A stretch of 64,000 nucleotides of DNA, taken from the IMG/VR virus record IMGVR_UViG_3300032753_000003, positions 64,001 through 128,000 of that record; one strand, written 5' to 3'. Below the pieces are notes generated by a model. It was not told the origin of the DNA and made no database searches. It worked only from the letters and a program-made list of their open reading frames with translations. The DNA is from a virus. This document shows positions 11,056 through 20,970 of this stretch, one piece after another; positions within the stretch are counted from its first letter, which is position 1; every line of letters begins with the position of its first letter. The position numbers and the translations under genes are program-made.

Positions 11056-11168
11056 AATGTATTTAGTAATGAAAATACATTATGACATAATAAATCCTGA
11101 AATTAATAATTTCAGGTCAGTATATGGGATAGACCCTACACTGCAATATGATGTAAAGGAGATTTACA

Positions 11169-12551
11169 ATGTTTAAGAACTTACTTTTGAATACAGATAG
11201 TTACAAGCCAAGCCACACATTCCAGTACCCACCGGGCACTGAATATGTTTACAGCTACATTGAATCACGCGGCGGCCGCTTTGACCGCACAGTGTTCTTT
11301 GGGCTGCAGATGTGGTTGAAGGAATATCTCAGCAACCCGATCACTCGCGCGGATATCGAAGAGGCGGCTGAATTTTGGGCAGCACACGGAGAACCATTCT
11401 ATCGCGAAGGCTGGGAGTATATCCTAGAAAAGCACAACGGACATTTGCCAGTTGTGATCAATGCAGTTCCCGAAGGTACTGTGGTACCAGTCAAGAACGT
11501 GCTGGCTACGATTGTCAACACAGATCCCAAGTGCTGGTGGCTGCCCGGCTTCCTTGAAACTGCAATGCTGCGAGCTGTTTGGTACCCAACTACGGTTGCT
11601 ACCAACAGTTGGTACTGCAAGCAGATCATCAAGGCTGCACTGGAAAAGAGCAGTGATGATCAAGCTCAGGTAGTGTTCAAGCTGCATGACTTTGGCGCCC
11701 GTGGTGTTAGCAGTCAGGAATCGGCGGCTATTGGCGGTGTTGCACATTTGGTTAACTTCATGGGTTCAGACACGGTTGCAGGGGTACTAGCAGCACGCAA
11801 GTACTATCATGAGCCAATGGCTGCGTTTAGTATTCCTGCTGCTGAACACAGTACCATTACCAGTTGGGGTCGTGAACATGAAGTAGATGCATATCGCAAC
11901 ATGCTCAAGCAGTTTGCCCGGCCGGGCTCACTGGTGGCAGTGGTCAGCGATAGCTATGACATCATGAATGCTACTAGCAATATCTGGGGCGGTGTACTCC
12001 GTGATGAGGTCGTTGCATCCGGTGCCACAGTGGTTGTGCGTCCTGACTCCGGCAATTCTCTCACAGTGCCAGTAGACGTAGTTGCTGCTCTTGCTGACAA
12101 GTTTGGTTATACTGTCAACAGCAAGGGTTACAAGGTGCTGCCCGGGTGTGTTAGGGTAATCCAGGGAGACGGTATCACACCAGATACTCTACCTGTTATC
12201 CTAGACAACTTGCTAGCTGCTGGATTTGCAGCAGACAACATTGCATTTGGTATGGGTGGTGGCTTGCTACAGCAGGTCAATCGCGACAGTCAAAGGTTTG
12301 CAATGAAGTGCAGTGCTGTGATGATCAACGGTACTTGGCGAGAAGTGTTCAAGGATCCTGCGGGAGACCACAGCAAGGCCAGCAAGCGCGGGCAGTTGGC
12401 ACTGATCAACGACGGCGAAGGTTGGCAGACAGTGTCTCGAGAGGGCAATGCATGGAGGGATCAGTTGCTACAAGTATGGCGCAACGGCGATCTACAGCAG
12501 GAGTGGACACTGGCTGAAATCCGCGAACGTTCTAACTCAGTATCAATGTAA
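11169..12551 (+). CDS. nadV: nicotinamide phosphoribosyltransferase (NAMPT)
   Basis: TDSYK, LHDFGARG, GSDT, AEHS, VSDSYD, RPDSG, IQGDG motifs. Confidence 0.93.
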   Translation: MFKNLLLNTDSYKPSHTFQYPPGTEYVYSYIESRGGRFDRTVFFGLQMWLKEYLSNPITRADIEEAAEFWAAHGEPFYREGWEYILEKHNGHLPVVINAVPEGTVVPVKNVLATIVNTDPKCWWLPGFLETAMLRAVWYPTTVATNSWYCKQIIKAALEKSSDDQAQVVFKLHDFGARGVSSQESAAIGGVAHLVNFMGSDTVAGVLAARKYYHEPMAAFSIPAAEHSTITSWGREHEVDAYRNMLKQFARPGSLVAVVSDSYDIMNATSNIWGGVLRDEVVASGATVVVRPDSGNSLTVPVDVVAALADKFGYTVNSKGYKVLPGCVRVIQGDGITPDTLPVILDNLLAAGFAADNIAFGMGGGLLQQVNRDSQRFAMKCSAVMINGTWREVFKDPAGDHSKASKRGQLALINDGEGWQTVSREGNAWRDQLLQVWRNGDLQQEWTLAEIRERSNSVSM

Positions 12552-12650
12552 AATTACCAAAATGCAATAGCTGCCCAAGGGCAGCTATTGTTTTGAATTT
12601 GCACTATATAACATTTTGAAATAGTACATAAAAATTTTGCAAAATTAACG

Positions 12651-12679
12651 GTTGACAATCTTTGTATAGATGCTATTGT
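12651..12679 (+). promoter_or_regulatory. early promoter GTTGACA-N11-AGATGCTATTGT
   Basis: -35 TTGACA, extended -10 TG-C-TATTGT, 16 nt spacer. Confidence 0.8.
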
Positions 12680-12708
12680 ACGGAATAAGCAATGCATGGG
12701 GAACCACA

Positions 12709-13107
12709 ATGGCCTACATGAATCAAGAACGCAAGACACATATTGCTCCCAAGGTCAAGGAGATTCTCAAACGCTATGGCATCAAGGGTTCGCTTGCTGT
12801 ACGAGATCACATGACGCTGGTGTTGAATATCAGCGAAGGATCAATTGACTTCATCAGCAACTATGCTGATACTATGGGTGCCAGTCGCCATCTAGGACAC
12901 AAGCCCAATGGTTACCTCAACGTCAACTGCTATCACTATCGCGATCATTTCTCTGATGTTGCTCGCAAGTGCCTCGACGAAGTGTATGCTGCTATGATGG
13001 AAGGCAATTGGGACAAGAGCCAAATTGAGTACGATATTCATGATGTTGGCTGGTATGTTGACATCAACATTGGCCGTTGGAATAAGCCTTACCGTTTGAC
13101 AGCTTGA
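12709..13107 (+). CDS. conserved hypothetical early protein
   Basis: ORF directly after early promoter, GGGG RBS. Confidence 0.7.
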   Translation: MAYMNQERKTHIAPKVKEILKRYGIKGSLAVRDHMTLVLNISEGSIDFISNYADTMGASRHLGHKPNGYLNVNCYHYRDHFSDVARKCLDEVYAAMMEGNWDKSQIEYDIHDVGWYVDINIGRWNKPYRLTA

Positions 13108-13119
13108 GGAACAACCGTC

Positions 13120-13794
13120 GTGAGCTATCGCATCAATCGTGCTATGGGATATGGTATGCCATATGAACAATTTAAAGACGTGTGTATCCTTCCCAAAGAT
13201 AACGATGATGTACTTGACGGGGTACTTAACGTCTTATACAATGCCTTCGAAAAGCTCACTGATGCAGATCTCACAGTAGACGACAAGCTATATCGAGCAT
13301 TGTTCTACGGCGACGGAGTAAAGCCCGCCCCAGTTCTTCAAACTAGATTGTTGGCAGAAGATTTCACGAGAGTTTCTAACAAGCCCTGCACAATTGGAAA
13401 GGCAGAAGATCTATTTGTTACTGTAACGACTCCCGACGAAACAACAGACATCATCTTCTTTCCAAATTTGTACTTTCGTAAGAAGTGGTATCGCTGGGAT
13501 GATGAGCTAGATTATGCATTTGAACAGTGGAGATCTGGTTCAGGCGATAGAAGTTCTGCACAGGGTCCGCAAGATTTTACAATCTATACAGAATACGGAC
13601 ATCATCCATTTTCATATGACATTATGGACATTAACGGTAATCCCTTAAAATGGGAGCCCGCTAGGCTAAATCAACACAGCAATTGGATACCCGCTGTTCC
13701 CAGCGAGATTAGATGGTATTTGACTCAACATGGGATTATGTTCAATGAAGGTGTAAACCAGTTGCGACCCGTAGTTGCGCAGTGGTGGAGTTGA
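13120..13794 (+). CDS. hypothetical protein
   Basis: 224 aa ORF, GTG start with GAGG RBS. Confidence 0.7.
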   Translation: MSYRINRAMGYGMPYEQFKDVCILPKDNDDVLDGVLNVLYNAFEKLTDADLTVDDKLYRALFYGDGVKPAPVLQTRLLAEDFTRVSNKPCTIGKAEDLFVTVTTPDETTDIIFFPNLYFRKKWYRWDDELDYAFEQWRSGSGDRSSAQGPQDFTIYTEYGHHPFSYDIMDINGNPLKWEPARLNQHSNWIPAVPSEIRWYLTQHGIMFNEGVNQLRPVVAQWWS

Positions 13795-13800
13795 TCGGTT

Positions 13801-14088
13801 ATGAAGATCACCAACAAGTGGATCACAGTATTCAAAGAAGTTGCAGAAGATTGGTATGGAAATTATCGCATAGCAGATGACGTTAGATATACAGGAAAAT
13901 ATGTCAGCGTTGGTATAACCAAACTGTCCAACGGAATGTATCGTGTTGCAGTATGGGGCAATGACGATTTTGGAATGGAATATGATACCAAGACCAAAAA
14001 CCGAGCTGTGCTGATATTTCAGCGTTGTGTGATGGAAGATCTCTTAACCAAACAATGGTTATTGGACAACGGATTTGCGAATTGTTAA
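13801..14088 (+). CDS. hypothetical protein
   Basis: 95 aa ORF in operon context. Confidence 0.65.
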   Translation: MKITNKWITVFKEVAEDWYGNYRIADDVRYTGKYVSVGITKLSNGMYRVAVWGNDDFGMEYDTKTKNRAVLIFQRCVMEDLLTKQWLLDNGFANC

Positions 14089-14150
14089 TCTTTTGATCAT
14101 ACCTACCTTCTCCTCTGATAACTAATGTTGTGTATTAGAGGAGAGTTACT

Positions 14151-14348
14151 ATGACTTATCTAGAACAGTTTATAGGACAATATTGGCCAGGTCAGGTTCA
14201 GGATGCTATAAATCAGTGGGCCGCCCAAAATGGATATGACACTAACATTATACCCGATGGTGTAGACAACATTGATGTTGAACCTCGCAGGTTGAACGTA
14301 TGGTTGGACGGTAACACCAGTACTGTCATCCGTTTCACAGTAGGGTGA
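14151..14348 (+). CDS. I78-like peptidase inhibitor domain protein
   Basis: C-terminal D.EPRRLNVWLD....I..F..G matches the remembered I78 pattern; GAGGAG RBS. Confidence 0.5.
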   Translation: MTYLEQFIGQYWPGQVQDAINQWAAQNGYDTNIIPDGVDNIDVEPRRLNVWLDGNTSTVIRFTVG

Positions 14349-14381
14349 TGATCAGTAGATCATTAACACTCTACTAAATAA

Positions 14382-14837
14382 ATGATGACAGACAAAGACA
14401 GATTCCTCTATTGGGTTATCACGATGTGCTGCTTGGTACTTGCAGCATTACTCGCTCAGAATTTCAATCTTTGGGAAACAATGAATTCCAAAGATGCTAC
14501 AAAGATAAGCTGGCTGATATGTACTATAACAGCTGGCACTAGTTTAGCTATAGGTTGGTGCTCATTGCAACCAACAATTAGCCAAAACATCATGAACAAA
14601 TTTTGGTTTATAGCTGATGCTATGTTTACTTTGGGAATGATAGGATCGGTATCAGGATTCTTGCTGATGACTGGCGACGGATTAACCAGTATTAACACAT
14701 CCGATCCTTCTAGCATACAGAAGACTCTCAATCTCATTGTGACGGGTGTTGGTACCACAATGGTCACAACACTACTGGGCTTGATTAGTAGCTTACTGTT
14801 GAGATTGCAGTTGGAAATCATATACCATGAGGAATAA
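14382..14837 (+). CDS. MotA/TolQ/ExbB proton-channel-like membrane protein
   Basis: Four hydrophobic segments; TLGMIGSV.GF and G..T...TTLLGL motifs. Confidence 0.75.
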   Translation: MMTDKDRFLYWVITMCCLVLAALLAQNFNLWETMNSKDATKISWLICTITAGTSLAIGWCSLQPTISQNIMNKFWFIADAMFTLGMIGSVSGFLLMTGDGLTSINTSDPSSIQKTLNLIVTGVGTTMVTTLLGLISSLLLRLQLEIIYHEE

Positions 14838-15495
14838 ATTTCGACATGGTAGCTTACTTGGCTATGTTGACATATGCGTAAACATGCTGATGTTTTTTAC
14901 AGCCATGTTTATGTTAGCTATGGTACTGATCAAAGTACAGGAAAGTACCAATGACAAATCTGGACTAACTCCAAAAGGCAAACTCATAATACATCTAAGT
15001 TGGGATCCCAAGAGCAATACTGACTTAGACTTGTGGGCTAGAACTGACAATCCAGTTAGCATTGTGAGTTTTAGACAAACTGATAGCAGCAACATGTGGT
15101 TGGATCATGATAGCCGCGGTGCAGCAAGTAACAAGGTCAAGATGGCTGATGGTACCTATAAGACTACCTTTGGTAACGATGAGATAATACAATTTAAGGA
15201 ATGCACTAAAACTAGGGTAACTGTTAATGTGCATGCATATCATCTAGATCTAGGTCTACCTGTTGCTGCAACAGTTGATATAATCTTGCCACCTAGCTAC
15301 AAGACAATACACACAGCGCAACTTGACATTAAAGTAAACGGTCAAGAATCCACCGCATTTAGCTTTGATCTTGATGAAGATTGCAATGTTTCTAACTTTG
15401 ATGATACATTAATACCGTTTGTCTATAGCGTTATTACGCCTAATTCATCAACATTGCCTGGCTCCCCACCTTACGAACAACACGGAGAACAATAA
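14827..15495 (+). CDS. membrane-anchored partner of MotA-like protein (ExbD/MotB-like anchor, YfaP-like domain)
   Basis: N-terminal D...N.L..F TM helix; LSWD....DLDLW motif. Confidence 0.55.
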   Translation: MRNKFRHGSLLGYVDICVNMLMFFTAMFMLAMVLIKVQESTNDKSGLTPKGKLIIHLSWDPKSNTDLDLWARTDNPVSIVSFRQTDSSNMWLDHDSRGAASNKVKMADGTYKTTFGNDEIIQFKECTKTRVTVNVHAYHLDLGLPVAATVDIILPPSYKTIHTAQLDIKVNGQESTAFSFDLDEDCNVSNFDDTLIPFVYSVITPNSSTLPGSPPYEQHGEQ

Positions 15496-16028
15496 TGCTT
15501 TGGCTATTATCCTTACATGAAGTGCAGTTCCTGTTGGCAATTTGGTTAATTCAGTTGATGTATGCCGCTGTTGTAACTGTAGGATGCAAATGGAATTGGA
15601 AATCCAAAGCTATAGCTATACCTATTTTATTTGCCGCTTGCTATCAAACCATAATGGTAAGTAACAGTCTATTGGGAACTCCCAAATTTACCAACGATGA
15701 AATTACTGGAACGCTAGCTGGATATGCTGAATTTAAAAATGGGGATCAAAAGGAATTAGCAGTTCTGCTAATTACCAAAACTGGTCCTATCATGTTTGCA
15801 GTACCGTATGATCCAAAGTCTGAGACAGACCTAAGGCAAGCTATGAATCAATTAGCTACCACAGGAAAACCCACGTTGGTTAGAAAGAAATCCAATAATC
15901 AGCTGCAGAATGCAAAACAAACTAATAAGAACGGCAAAGAAGGTCAAGGCAATCAAGTTTCTGGGAATTTAGAATTGTATGATTTCACAGACCAATTGCT
16001 AGTTCCTAAAGGCCAGAAGGATCAATAA
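15495..16028 (+). CDS. membrane protein, third gene of MotA-like trio
   Basis: Two N-terminal TM segments; translationally coupled. Confidence 0.6.
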   Translation: MLWLLSLHEVQFLLAIWLIQLMYAAVVTVGCKWNWKSKAIAIPILFAACYQTIMVSNSLLGTPKFTNDEITGTLAGYAEFKNGDQKELAVLLITKTGPIMFAVPYDPKSETDLRQAMNQLATTGKPTLVRKKSNNQLQNAKQTNKNGKEGQGNQVSGNLELYDFTDQLLVPKGQKDQ

Positions 16029-17061
16029 CCTTAAATGTAAACACCTTGTGTTCGCCATCGCGCAATACACTGAGTTCTACGGTATCGCCTGGTTTGGTTA
16101 ATTGCGTCTCGTAAATTAACTCTTCTGGTAATTTTACATCTACCCACTGTCGATTTGATGCAGGAGTTCTTATTGCAATTATTTCATCATTTGGTAGTAA
16201 CCCTGCAGCCACAGCCGGGCTATTTTTAGATACAGCTGAAACAGCAATATGATGCTGATCTTTACTGGGACCTAATAGCAACCCTATCTTACCAACTTTG
16301 ATCTTGCCGCCATCTAATAGGTCATTTACTACCTTCTTGGCATAATCGCTTGGTATAATAAGGCCAAAATATCCTTCTCTACCAAAAATAGCTGTGTTAA
16401 TACCTATCACATTTCCTCTGCTATCAAATAGAGGTCCTCCACTGTTGCCCGGATATATCGGAGTTGTGGTCTGCATATAATATTCAGGACTGTCATCATC
16501 ATGTCTAAGCTTATTGCTAATGATGCCCTGTGCTACAGTCCAAGATAGTCCATACGGGTGTCCTATGCTCCATACTATGTCGCCAACATTCAACGCTCTA
16601 CTACTACCCCACGACAATATAGTTGGATGCTCAACTGCCACAAAGTCATCCCATTCATCAATCTTTATTACAGCAATGTCTGCGTTTGCATCAGTTGCTA
16701 TAACAGTCGCGTTATAGGGTTTCATATCATCATAACCAATTACCTTTATCTTGCGGTCTTTACCTGCAATAACATGATTGTTGGTAACGATTATGTTCGG
16801 AGCTATTATAAATCCAGTACCCAAACTGGAATGATGGTCGGGATCATTATCTTTATCATTATTATGATCTTTATCGGCATCTGGTTTTATGGGTTCTTCT
16901 TTTTTAGGCGTGGGAACCGCTGGTAATTTATCATCAGTATTTGGTGGAAGATTACTCACCAAAACTACACTTGAAAGCCGTTGATTGCTCATGGTGCTTA
17001 TCGTGTCAGAGCATGAAACTAGAGACAAGCAAGCTAGCATCATTGTGATAAATTTAATCAT
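16006..17061 (-). CDS. htrA: HtrA/DegP serine protease with PDZ domain and lipoprotein-like signal
   Basis: GTGFII..IVTNNHV, DIAVIK, PGNSGGPL triad motifs; SPA..AGL..NDEI PDZ; LVSC lipobox-like. Confidence 0.9.
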   Translation of the reverse strand: MIKFITMMLACLSLVSCSDTISTMSNQRLSSVVLVSNLPPNTDDKLPAVPTPKKEEPIKPDADKDHNNDKDNDPDHHSSLGTGFIIAPNIIVTNNHVIAGKDRKIKVIGYDDMKPYNATVIATDANADIAVIKIDEWDDFVAVEHPTILSWGSSRALNVGDIVWSIGHPYGLSWTVAQGIISNKLRHDDDSPEYYMQTTTPIYPGNSGGPLFDSRGNVIGINTAIFGREGYFGLIIPSDYAKKVVNDLLDGGKIKVGKIGLLLGPSKDQHHIAVSAVSKNSPAVAAGLLPNDEIIAIRTPASNRQWVDVKLPEELIYETQLTKPGDTVELSVLRDGEHKVFTFKVIDPSGL

Positions 17062-17153
17062 ACTTTATTTATAATAGTAGATATCTATTGGTTGACTTAA
17101 ATCTGTGCGATGTTATTATGGCTAATCATAAACGCACTGAGATAGGATGTGAT

Positions 17154-17816
17154 ATGAAATATGGAGCATTTCGCCGGCGTATTAGGCACAATACTGCAGT
17201 GTTGAAGAAGGCACTTGATCAGCGAGAAAAGTTGATCACCATCCTACCCAACCTATATACAATGACAACTGGTCCGGGAGAGTTGCACAGTTCGGTAATG
17301 ATCCGTAATGCTCATGATATATTGCCTTCTGCGTTTATTGGCGCACTAGCCAGCATCAATGCTAACGGTACTGATGCCTATCAGATCACACCCAATGACG
17401 AAGAAATTCAAATTGAACTTAAGACCAGTGAGATTGATAGCAGAAAGGTTTGGAAAGGTGTAAGAGGCGGACTGTATACCGGAAAATGCAACTCGAAAGC
17501 CAGCAAAGTTGCAGTTACCAGTCATCTTAATGCATCATATCAGTTTGATTCAGAAGCTATTAAAAATGAAAAGAGAGTCAAAACTGTACTCATAGTCTGC
17601 GATACTGCTAGTGAAATTGATACCTATTTTGATGCATGGGAAATTGACGGCAATATTCTAGTTGACGAATATCTACACAACAAGACCACTGCTGCAATTA
17701 AATTGGGTAGCTTTATGCTACACGGCAAGCGAGCCAAAACAGTAGTAGATCTAGAAGGCATTGACACATGGAAGAAGCGCGTTGGTGCCAATGCCCCTAT
17801 CAAGTATCCAGTCTAA
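17154..17816 (+). CDS. putative PD-(D/E)XK nuclease-fold protein
   Basis: GTDA...IELKTS pattern. Confidence 0.45.
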   Translation: MKYGAFRRRIRHNTAVLKKALDQREKLITILPNLYTMTTGPGELHSSVMIRNAHDILPSAFIGALASINANGTDAYQITPNDEEIQIELKTSEIDSRKVWKGVRGGLYTGKCNSKASKVAVTSHLNASYQFDSEAIKNEKRVKTVLIVCDTASEIDTYFDAWEIDGNILVDEYLHNKTTAAIKLGSFMLHGKRAKTVVDLEGIDTWKKRVGANAPIKYPV

Positions 17817-17821
17817 TTAAA

Positions 17822-18631
17822 TCAACGACGAGGAAGTGACCTGCTTGGGCGCCTAACTGGCTCCTGAGCGGGAGCTTTATTACCTATCTGAGGTGTAGCA
17901 CCTATGCTATCGGCTTCAGGCCAACAATATATGTAATCCCCAAACTGATCTTTAACGATCTTGAATCTAATACCGCCAACCACATAGTGTTTGACGTCTG
18001 CCCTGTATCCGGGTATAGTTGCTCCAAAATCTATGCTGGCTGTGTCAACCGGACGACCGTGCTCAACTACCCAATTTGCAACTGATCGAACTTCGCGGGT
18101 GGTGTTAGGACCCTGTCCGCCAACATTGCCTATCATCACAATATCCTCAGTAGGTGTACGAGTAAATGCGCGGAACAATGCCTTACCTAGTGTAAGTATA
18201 GCTCTTGACATGTTACCAGGTAAGTTGGCCACGGTATGCCAAGTTGGATTTACAGCATGTGGATCAGTCATAGCTATCTCTCTGCTGATTACTGCTGGTA
18301 AATGTTCCGGTGTAATGCGTTGTGTAGAAGGTAGGTTATCAGTCGGTTCATCTACACCCGTATCATCTACAGGCACATTGATTCTGCTCATCATGTCTCT
18401 CATTGCATCAGTAGGTGACATCTTTGCAGTTGCCTTTGCTGTATCTGCAGCACTGCCTATCTTCATATGAGGTACTTCTGCAGCACCTGCAGATGGTTTC
18501 AGTGAGCTGCTCTTAGTATCAGTGCTCAACTCTCCGCCAGCGGGCTCATCAAAGATGTTATCCCAATCGATACCAGTCTTGTCTTTGACATCGGTTGGTT
18601 TTTCAGCTTCATTTTGTATATCGTTTGCCAT
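17822..18631 (-). CDS. hypothetical protein, probably late/virion
   Basis: 269 aa ORF with low-complexity acidic N-terminus; TAAATA upstream. Confidence 0.65.
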   Translation of the reverse strand: MANDIQNEAEKPTDVKDKTGIDWDNIFDEPAGGELSTDTKSSSLKPSAGAAEVPHMKIGSAADTAKATAKMSPTDAMRDMMSRINVPVDDTGVDEPTDNLPSTQRITPEHLPAVISREIAMTDPHAVNPTWHTVANLPGNMSRAILTLGKALFRAFTRTPTEDIVMIGNVGGQGPNTTREVRSVANWVVEHGRPVDTASIDFGATIPGYRADVKHYVVGGIRFKIVKDQFGDYIYCWPEADSIGATPQIGNKAPAQEPVRRPSRSLPRR

Positions 18632-18748
18632 TTTGATCTCCGCGGCGAATGTCTCGTTAGATTATTTATCTATTCATTGCTGTAAAATAATTGCAAATAT
18701 ATCGGCTAAAAGTTTATAATTAAACTATTATAGTCTATAAGGTTTATC

Positions 18749-19705
18749 ATGATTGATCATCAATACATTCGCTTAGAACATTCTAATCCAGATAGCAAAA
18801 ATTGGTTTGTAGTTAACTGGTGTCTCGGTAACACTTGTAATTTCTCTTGTAGTTATTGCCCGTCTGGATTACACGATGGTTCAACCAAATGGCCCGAACC
18901 AGACACCATAAAGAATTTTATAGATAAGGTAAAACTAACACACAACGACAAGAACATTTATTTTGAGTTTACAGGAGGCGAAGTAACTGTTTACAAGCAT
19001 TTTATCGACATATGCAAATATTGTACTGAACTTGGCATTAAGGTTGGTATGATATCAAATGGCTCTAGAACTCTGCGTTATTGGGAACAAAACAAACATT
19101 TCTTTGATCATGTTTGCCTCAGTTTTCATCCTGAGTTTACTGACAAAGATCATTTTGTAGAAGTAGTTAAGATATTACACAACGAGTTGCGAGTACATGT
19201 TAACATCATGATGAGTCCATCTAAGTTTGATTATTGTTATGATGTAGCAAACACTGTAAAAGATTTAGGTAATATCAGCATGGCATTACAACCTCTAATA
19301 CATGACTTTGGAGATAAACTCTTTGACTATACACCAGAGCAGAAAGATATATTAACAAACCAATATAAATTAATAATCAGACATATTAAGTTTACTAAAA
19401 GTTTTCAATTCTACCGCGGCGCAATGAAAAAAGTAAATTCAGATGGAACCTCAGAGGTTCAACCCGCACATAAATTCATATCAACTAATACAAACGATTG
19501 GTCTGGATGGAATTGTTATGCCGGAGTTGAACAGTTAATAGTAGATATGGACGGTAGTGTACATCGAGGTTGGTGCAAAGTAGGGAAACCAATAGGTCGC
19601 ATAACAGATAATGATCTCCAGCTACCAACGAATCCAATACTTTGCGACAAGACCATGTGTCATTGTAACTATGATATCATGAGTACCAAGGAAAAAATTA
19701 TATGA
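18749..19705 (+). CDS. radical SAM protein with C-terminal SPASM/twitch-like Cys cluster
   Basis: CNFSCSYC, TGGE, C-terminal C..G..D G...RGWC...C...C.C. Confidence 0.88.
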   Translation: MIDHQYIRLEHSNPDSKNWFVVNWCLGNTCNFSCSYCPSGLHDGSTKWPEPDTIKNFIDKVKLTHNDKNIYFEFTGGEVTVYKHFIDICKYCTELGIKVGMISNGSRTLRYWEQNKHFFDHVCLSFHPEFTDKDHFVEVVKILHNELRVHVNIMMSPSKFDYCYDVANTVKDLGNISMALQPLIHDFGDKLFDYTPEQKDILTNQYKLIIRHIKFTKSFQFYRGAMKKVNSDGTSEVQPAHKFISTNTNDWSGWNCYAGVEQLIVDMDGSVHRGWCKVGKPIGRITDNDLQLPTNPILCDKTMCHCNYDIMSTKEKII

Positions 19706-20970
19706 GACAATTAATTTCGCTAGATGAGTCTAATACCAATAAACAAGTTAGGCATTACGACAAAGACGGATATTACATAAGACTAAGTGTAGATGAAACC
19801 ATAGCAAATAATCTCAACGAATGGCAAGGATGGCATTGCAGTGCCGGTATAAGTGGTTTATACATAGATTATGATGGTAATGTATGGACATGCAATACCG
19901 CTGGATCAAAACTTGATAGGTTTAATAGTACTGAATGGGAAAAAACTTTTAAACCATATATTGACCCATTTGGTCCAAATATACCGCTCGAATGGCAAGG
20001 CGATGGCAAAAAATGGTTAAATCTTCTCAAAAAGTTTAACGCACGTGATATTGCATTTGCAAAATTAGTACCTGCAACAAAAGAAAATAAAGAAAAGTAT
20101 CCTGGGTTTTTAGGAAATATCAAAGAAGGTTTTGAATTACCAACTACTTGGTTTAAATGCCCTTGGCAAGCATGCGGGTGCGGCGCAGATGTATTTCTAG
20201 CTAAATCAAAATCAAAACCAACCCAAGATAATTTACCTGTATTTTTTAAAGGGGATCTGGGGCAAGCTGAAACTAAAAATAAATTAGTAAAAGATATTCC
20301 AAAAGAGGACATCATAGGAATTGAAATAAATTTTCATAAACCCTATCAAATATTGTGGGATTTAGGTAGGCGATGCAATTATGACTGTTCTTATTGTTGG
20401 TCGGGCGTACACAATCGAGACGGTGCTCATTTAACCCTAGACGAAATGGTTAATACAGCAGATAAGATAATTGCCAAATGGTCAAAAGGAGAATCAATAA
20501 GGTGGAACTTTGGCGGCGGCGAACCTACACTAAATCCAAACTTCTTAGATTTTTTGAAATACCTAAAATCTAAAAACCAATGGGTATTGGTAACCACCAA
20601 CGGCAGCAGACCCAATACATATTGGAGCAAGGCTGTTGAATATGTCAACAGCATAAATCTCAGTGTTCATTTTGAATTTGCTGATGAAAATAAAATGTTG
20701 CTCAATATAAAAGCAATATGCGAACATTTCGATCAGCATGATGACGATCATTGGCTAGAAATAAAATTAATGGCGCCGCCTGCATATGTTGAACAAGCAG
20801 TTAATTTTAAAAAGACAATATTATCAAAAACTGATATATTAAATACCGGAGCTAATGGTCGTTTAAAAGGTACTGTTAGTATTGTTCCTATCAGAGGCAT
20901 TGACGATAGTAGTCATATTATTGACTACAACAACACACAACTCGAACTATTGAAGAGTCAAGATACATGA
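19702..20970 (+). CDS. radical SAM protein with N-terminal SPASM-like domain
   Basis: N-terminal WHCSAG..DG.VWTC..CPW..CGC; C-terminal CNYDCSYC, GGGEP, TTNGS. Confidence 0.85.
   Translation: MRQLISLDESNTNKQVRHYDKDGYYIRLSVDETIANNLNEWQGWHCSAGISGLYIDYDGNVWTCNTAGSKLDRFNSTEWEKTFKPYIDPFGPNIPLEWQGDGKKWLNLLKKFNARDIAFAKLVPATKENKEKYPGFLGNIKEGFELPTTWFKCPWQACGCGADVFLAKSKSKPTQDNLPVFFKGDLGQAETKNKLVKDIPKEDIIGIEINFHKPYQILWDLGRRCNYDCSYCWSGVHNRDGAHLTLDEMVNTADKIIAKWSKGESIRWNFGGGEPTLNPNFLDFLKYLKSKNQWVLVTTNGSRPNTYWSKAVEYVNSINLSVHFEFADENKMLLNIKAICEHFDQHDDDHWLEIKLMAPPAYVEQAVNFKKTILSKTDILNTGANGRLKGTVSIVPIRGIDDSSHIIDYNNTQLELLKSQDT

Noticed and set aside
10480-11168. Group I intron around the GIY-YIG gene
   Set aside because: Both flanking genes are complete with their own start and stop, and no P/Q/R/S core was seen.
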